DNA of 64,000 nt. Source: Psammoneis japonica. Its lineage: Eukaryota. Positions 61,749 to 64,000 of the stretch are shown piece after piece (the first letter of the stretch is position 1; the number at the start of each line of letters is the position of its first letter). Both the position numbers and the translations under genes were made by a program. A model generated the notes under the pieces. It was not told the DNA's origin, searched no databases, and saw nothing but the letters and a program-made list of their open reading frames with translations. The stretch covers positions 302,600 to 366,599 of the forward strand of contig QPGO01000001.1 of assembly GCA_008632985.1 (NCBI GenBank), in the 5' to 3' direction.

Positions 61749-63741
61749 ATGAGTAAAATCAATCTTCCTAACAGGAGGATTTCGATGAGACGAAAGGAAA
61801 AACGCCGTTGTTGTCCATGCAAAACCACTACGGCGATCTTGCTTTTCTGTTGCGCCCTAGCGTGCAGTTGGGCGCTGTTTGGCATGTTCCTAGTCAACTC
61901 TTGGGCTCTGGAGCCCGTCGAAAGAATTCTTCATCTGGTTGAAAAAGCAGAAGAAATGCACGGCCATCCGAATATCGACCCCTCTTTTCCTCTTGTTGTA
62001 TTTGTCCACAGCGCGAGAGGCAACAGGAAACAACGAGATGCCATTCGGTCGACTTGGGCATCAACTCATACAAACGTTATTTTCACAACTGGAACTTGCT
62101 GCAACGTTCATCCTATGCTTCGAGTCGACCCACTTTCCTGTATCAGAGAACCAGAATACAACTCTACCGGCAATGCTGCGCTACTGCTGCTGCTCAGAGC
62201 GTGTGGGATGATATGTGTCGTGAAGGAGACGAGGCGATAAAGGCAGAGCAAGAGCAATACAGAGACATGCTTGTGACGATGAAAGCGATGTTTATCGTCA
62301 CACCGCCATCAAGTTAAAACATGAGCTAGCCTGGGGCATCAAGCATACACACGCTCAGTGGTTTCTCAAGACGGACGACGATTGTTTCGTCCGAATTAAG
62401 GAACTGGAACAAGACCTTTTGAAGAATTTCGACAGCCACGAGCATCCGGTCGTGGTTGGCAAAATCTTAAAGGACACAAATGTCCCCAAATCAGGAAAGT
62501 GGGCCGATCTGGACTACAATGTTTCTGCAGTCTACCCCCCTTGGCCATCTGGCATGGGTATCACTCTGAATCGCAGAGCGGCTCAATATATTACGGACAA
62601 CAGAGAGGCTCTCCTTAATTACCAGGGTGACGACATTTCTGTTGGTATTTGGATGAGTAGAAATGACACAAATTCTGAGATAGTTCACTCGGATCGCTAT
62701 AGCTTGCTTTATGGCAAGGAAGGAGATTGTATGAATCCCGAGAGCCTTGTCGCTGGCCATTCAATCTCGGCCGAAACATTGAACAAGTGCTGGCAAGCCC
62801 TCAAGTCCGAGAGGGAAGAAAAAAAAAATGACCCTGGTGTCAACGACAGGCGCAAACCCACGCTGACCAATAACGGAGCACCAACTCAGCCTGCCGCACG
62901 CGACGGGCCCAAGGATCGTTCCTGTGGAGTGTTCTGGTATTACCACGTTGGAATGACCGGCGGCAACACCTTTCGCGATTGGCAAGAAAGCGTTGCAAAA
63001 AAAAACGCCGCAATAAAGTGGGTGCCCTTTTTCGAGATTGCAACAAAACGAGACGACAGTCGGCTGAAATGGAAATCCACCCTCCGAGACATGACGTCCA
63101 CCGTGGACGACGCTATTCTTTCCTCTCCAAGAGACCCAACGCGGTGGTTATCCGTCCATCAACACCATCGTAGCCCGGGATTGCGTTACATGATGCCTAT
63201 TTTGCGACAATGGAAAAAGCGTTTGCAATTTCAAGGCTGTGAGTTGATCCTCGCCACGACGCTTGCCGAACCCATTCAGAGAGCCCTGTCGGTGGCCAAC
63301 GAACTTGATATTAAGCAATCCGACTTGGAACGTTTTTTGGACCAATCCATAGATTCGCAGGCTTATTATTTACTTCACAACTCGTGTGAACCCGTAAACA
63401 AGGACGCAAAGAATCCTCCCGCGTGGTGCGATCAGCCCGGAAACATTCCCAATCAAAATGGTCAAACAGAAGAGGAAATTGAAGAAGTGCTATCCTACCT
63501 TAAGGAATTTGATCTGGTATTTAAGTCGGAGAATGTCGATAAAGAAATTGCTCTGTCTGCTGAAAAAACAAAATGGGCAACAACGACGACGCGAGCATGG
63601 CCTCGCAAAAACAAGGCTCTAAACAAGTACACTGTATCGCCCGACCTATCACAAAGAATTGCGGACGCCACCAAGTCGGACAAGCTCTTGTACGTGCGAG
63701 CCTTTCACGGAACTACAGACACTGCAAAGTTATCACGGTAG
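61749..63741 (+). CDS. GT31 galactosyltransferase fused to a sulfotransferase-like domain
   Basis: TM anchor; VHSA..N..QRDAIRSTW, FLKTDDD, YPPWPSG, DDISVGIW; then YHVGMTGG and EPIQRALS; frameshifts near 62180 and 62285. Confidence 0.8.
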
Positions 63742-64000
63742 ATATATGACAAAGCGCCTATTAGTCAGAGCTCACTGCTCTTCATGCCCTTTCTCCCAAT
63801 TGTCCTCACTTCCACCGCGATTTCAAAATGTAACGACAAGAAAGAGTTTTGATTCTCTTTTTATTTAACCCGAGTATTCTATCAAACCTGTAACCATTTT
63901 GCATTGTAGATCGAGTTGAAGACACCTACTCCAGTTACTGTTCTGGGTTCTGGGGGTTTCGTTCTTGCGCTAATCTCAATCATGGTTGCTTTTTCAATCA

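Overview
Eukaryotic nuclear DNA, most likely a diatom or other stramenopile (short GT-AG introns, bipartite plastid-targeting-like leaders, a CoDi-like Ty1/copia element). The window alternates between two compartments. (1) Ordinary gene islands: EngB GTPase, two GT90 paralogues, a Cys-repeat/PhoX-like protein, a pRiA4b-MYND protein, a GPCR-like protein, two FG-GAP paralogues, a Crinkler-like HNH protein, a synthetase-only RSH, a TEX264-like protein and a GT31-sulfotransferase fusion. (2) Six sharply bounded blocks (about 27 kb, roughly 40% of the window) from which the dinucleotide TpA has been almost erased. The main observation is an apparent repeat- or heterochromatin-targeted TpA->TpG/CpA hypermutation, the mirror image of fungal RIP. 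In the copia polyprotein nearly every conserved Tyr has become Cys or His (YVDD->CVDD). The two LTRs differ by reciprocal TA/TG/CA changes, and dead copies of neighbouring host genes carry the same signature. Surviving TpAs are mostly in YTAR context, while a 316-bp MITE and the live paralogues are spared. Many host genes carry single-base frameshifts, which suggests unpolished long-read assembly, so read-level validation is needed. All counts and alignments were done by eye.
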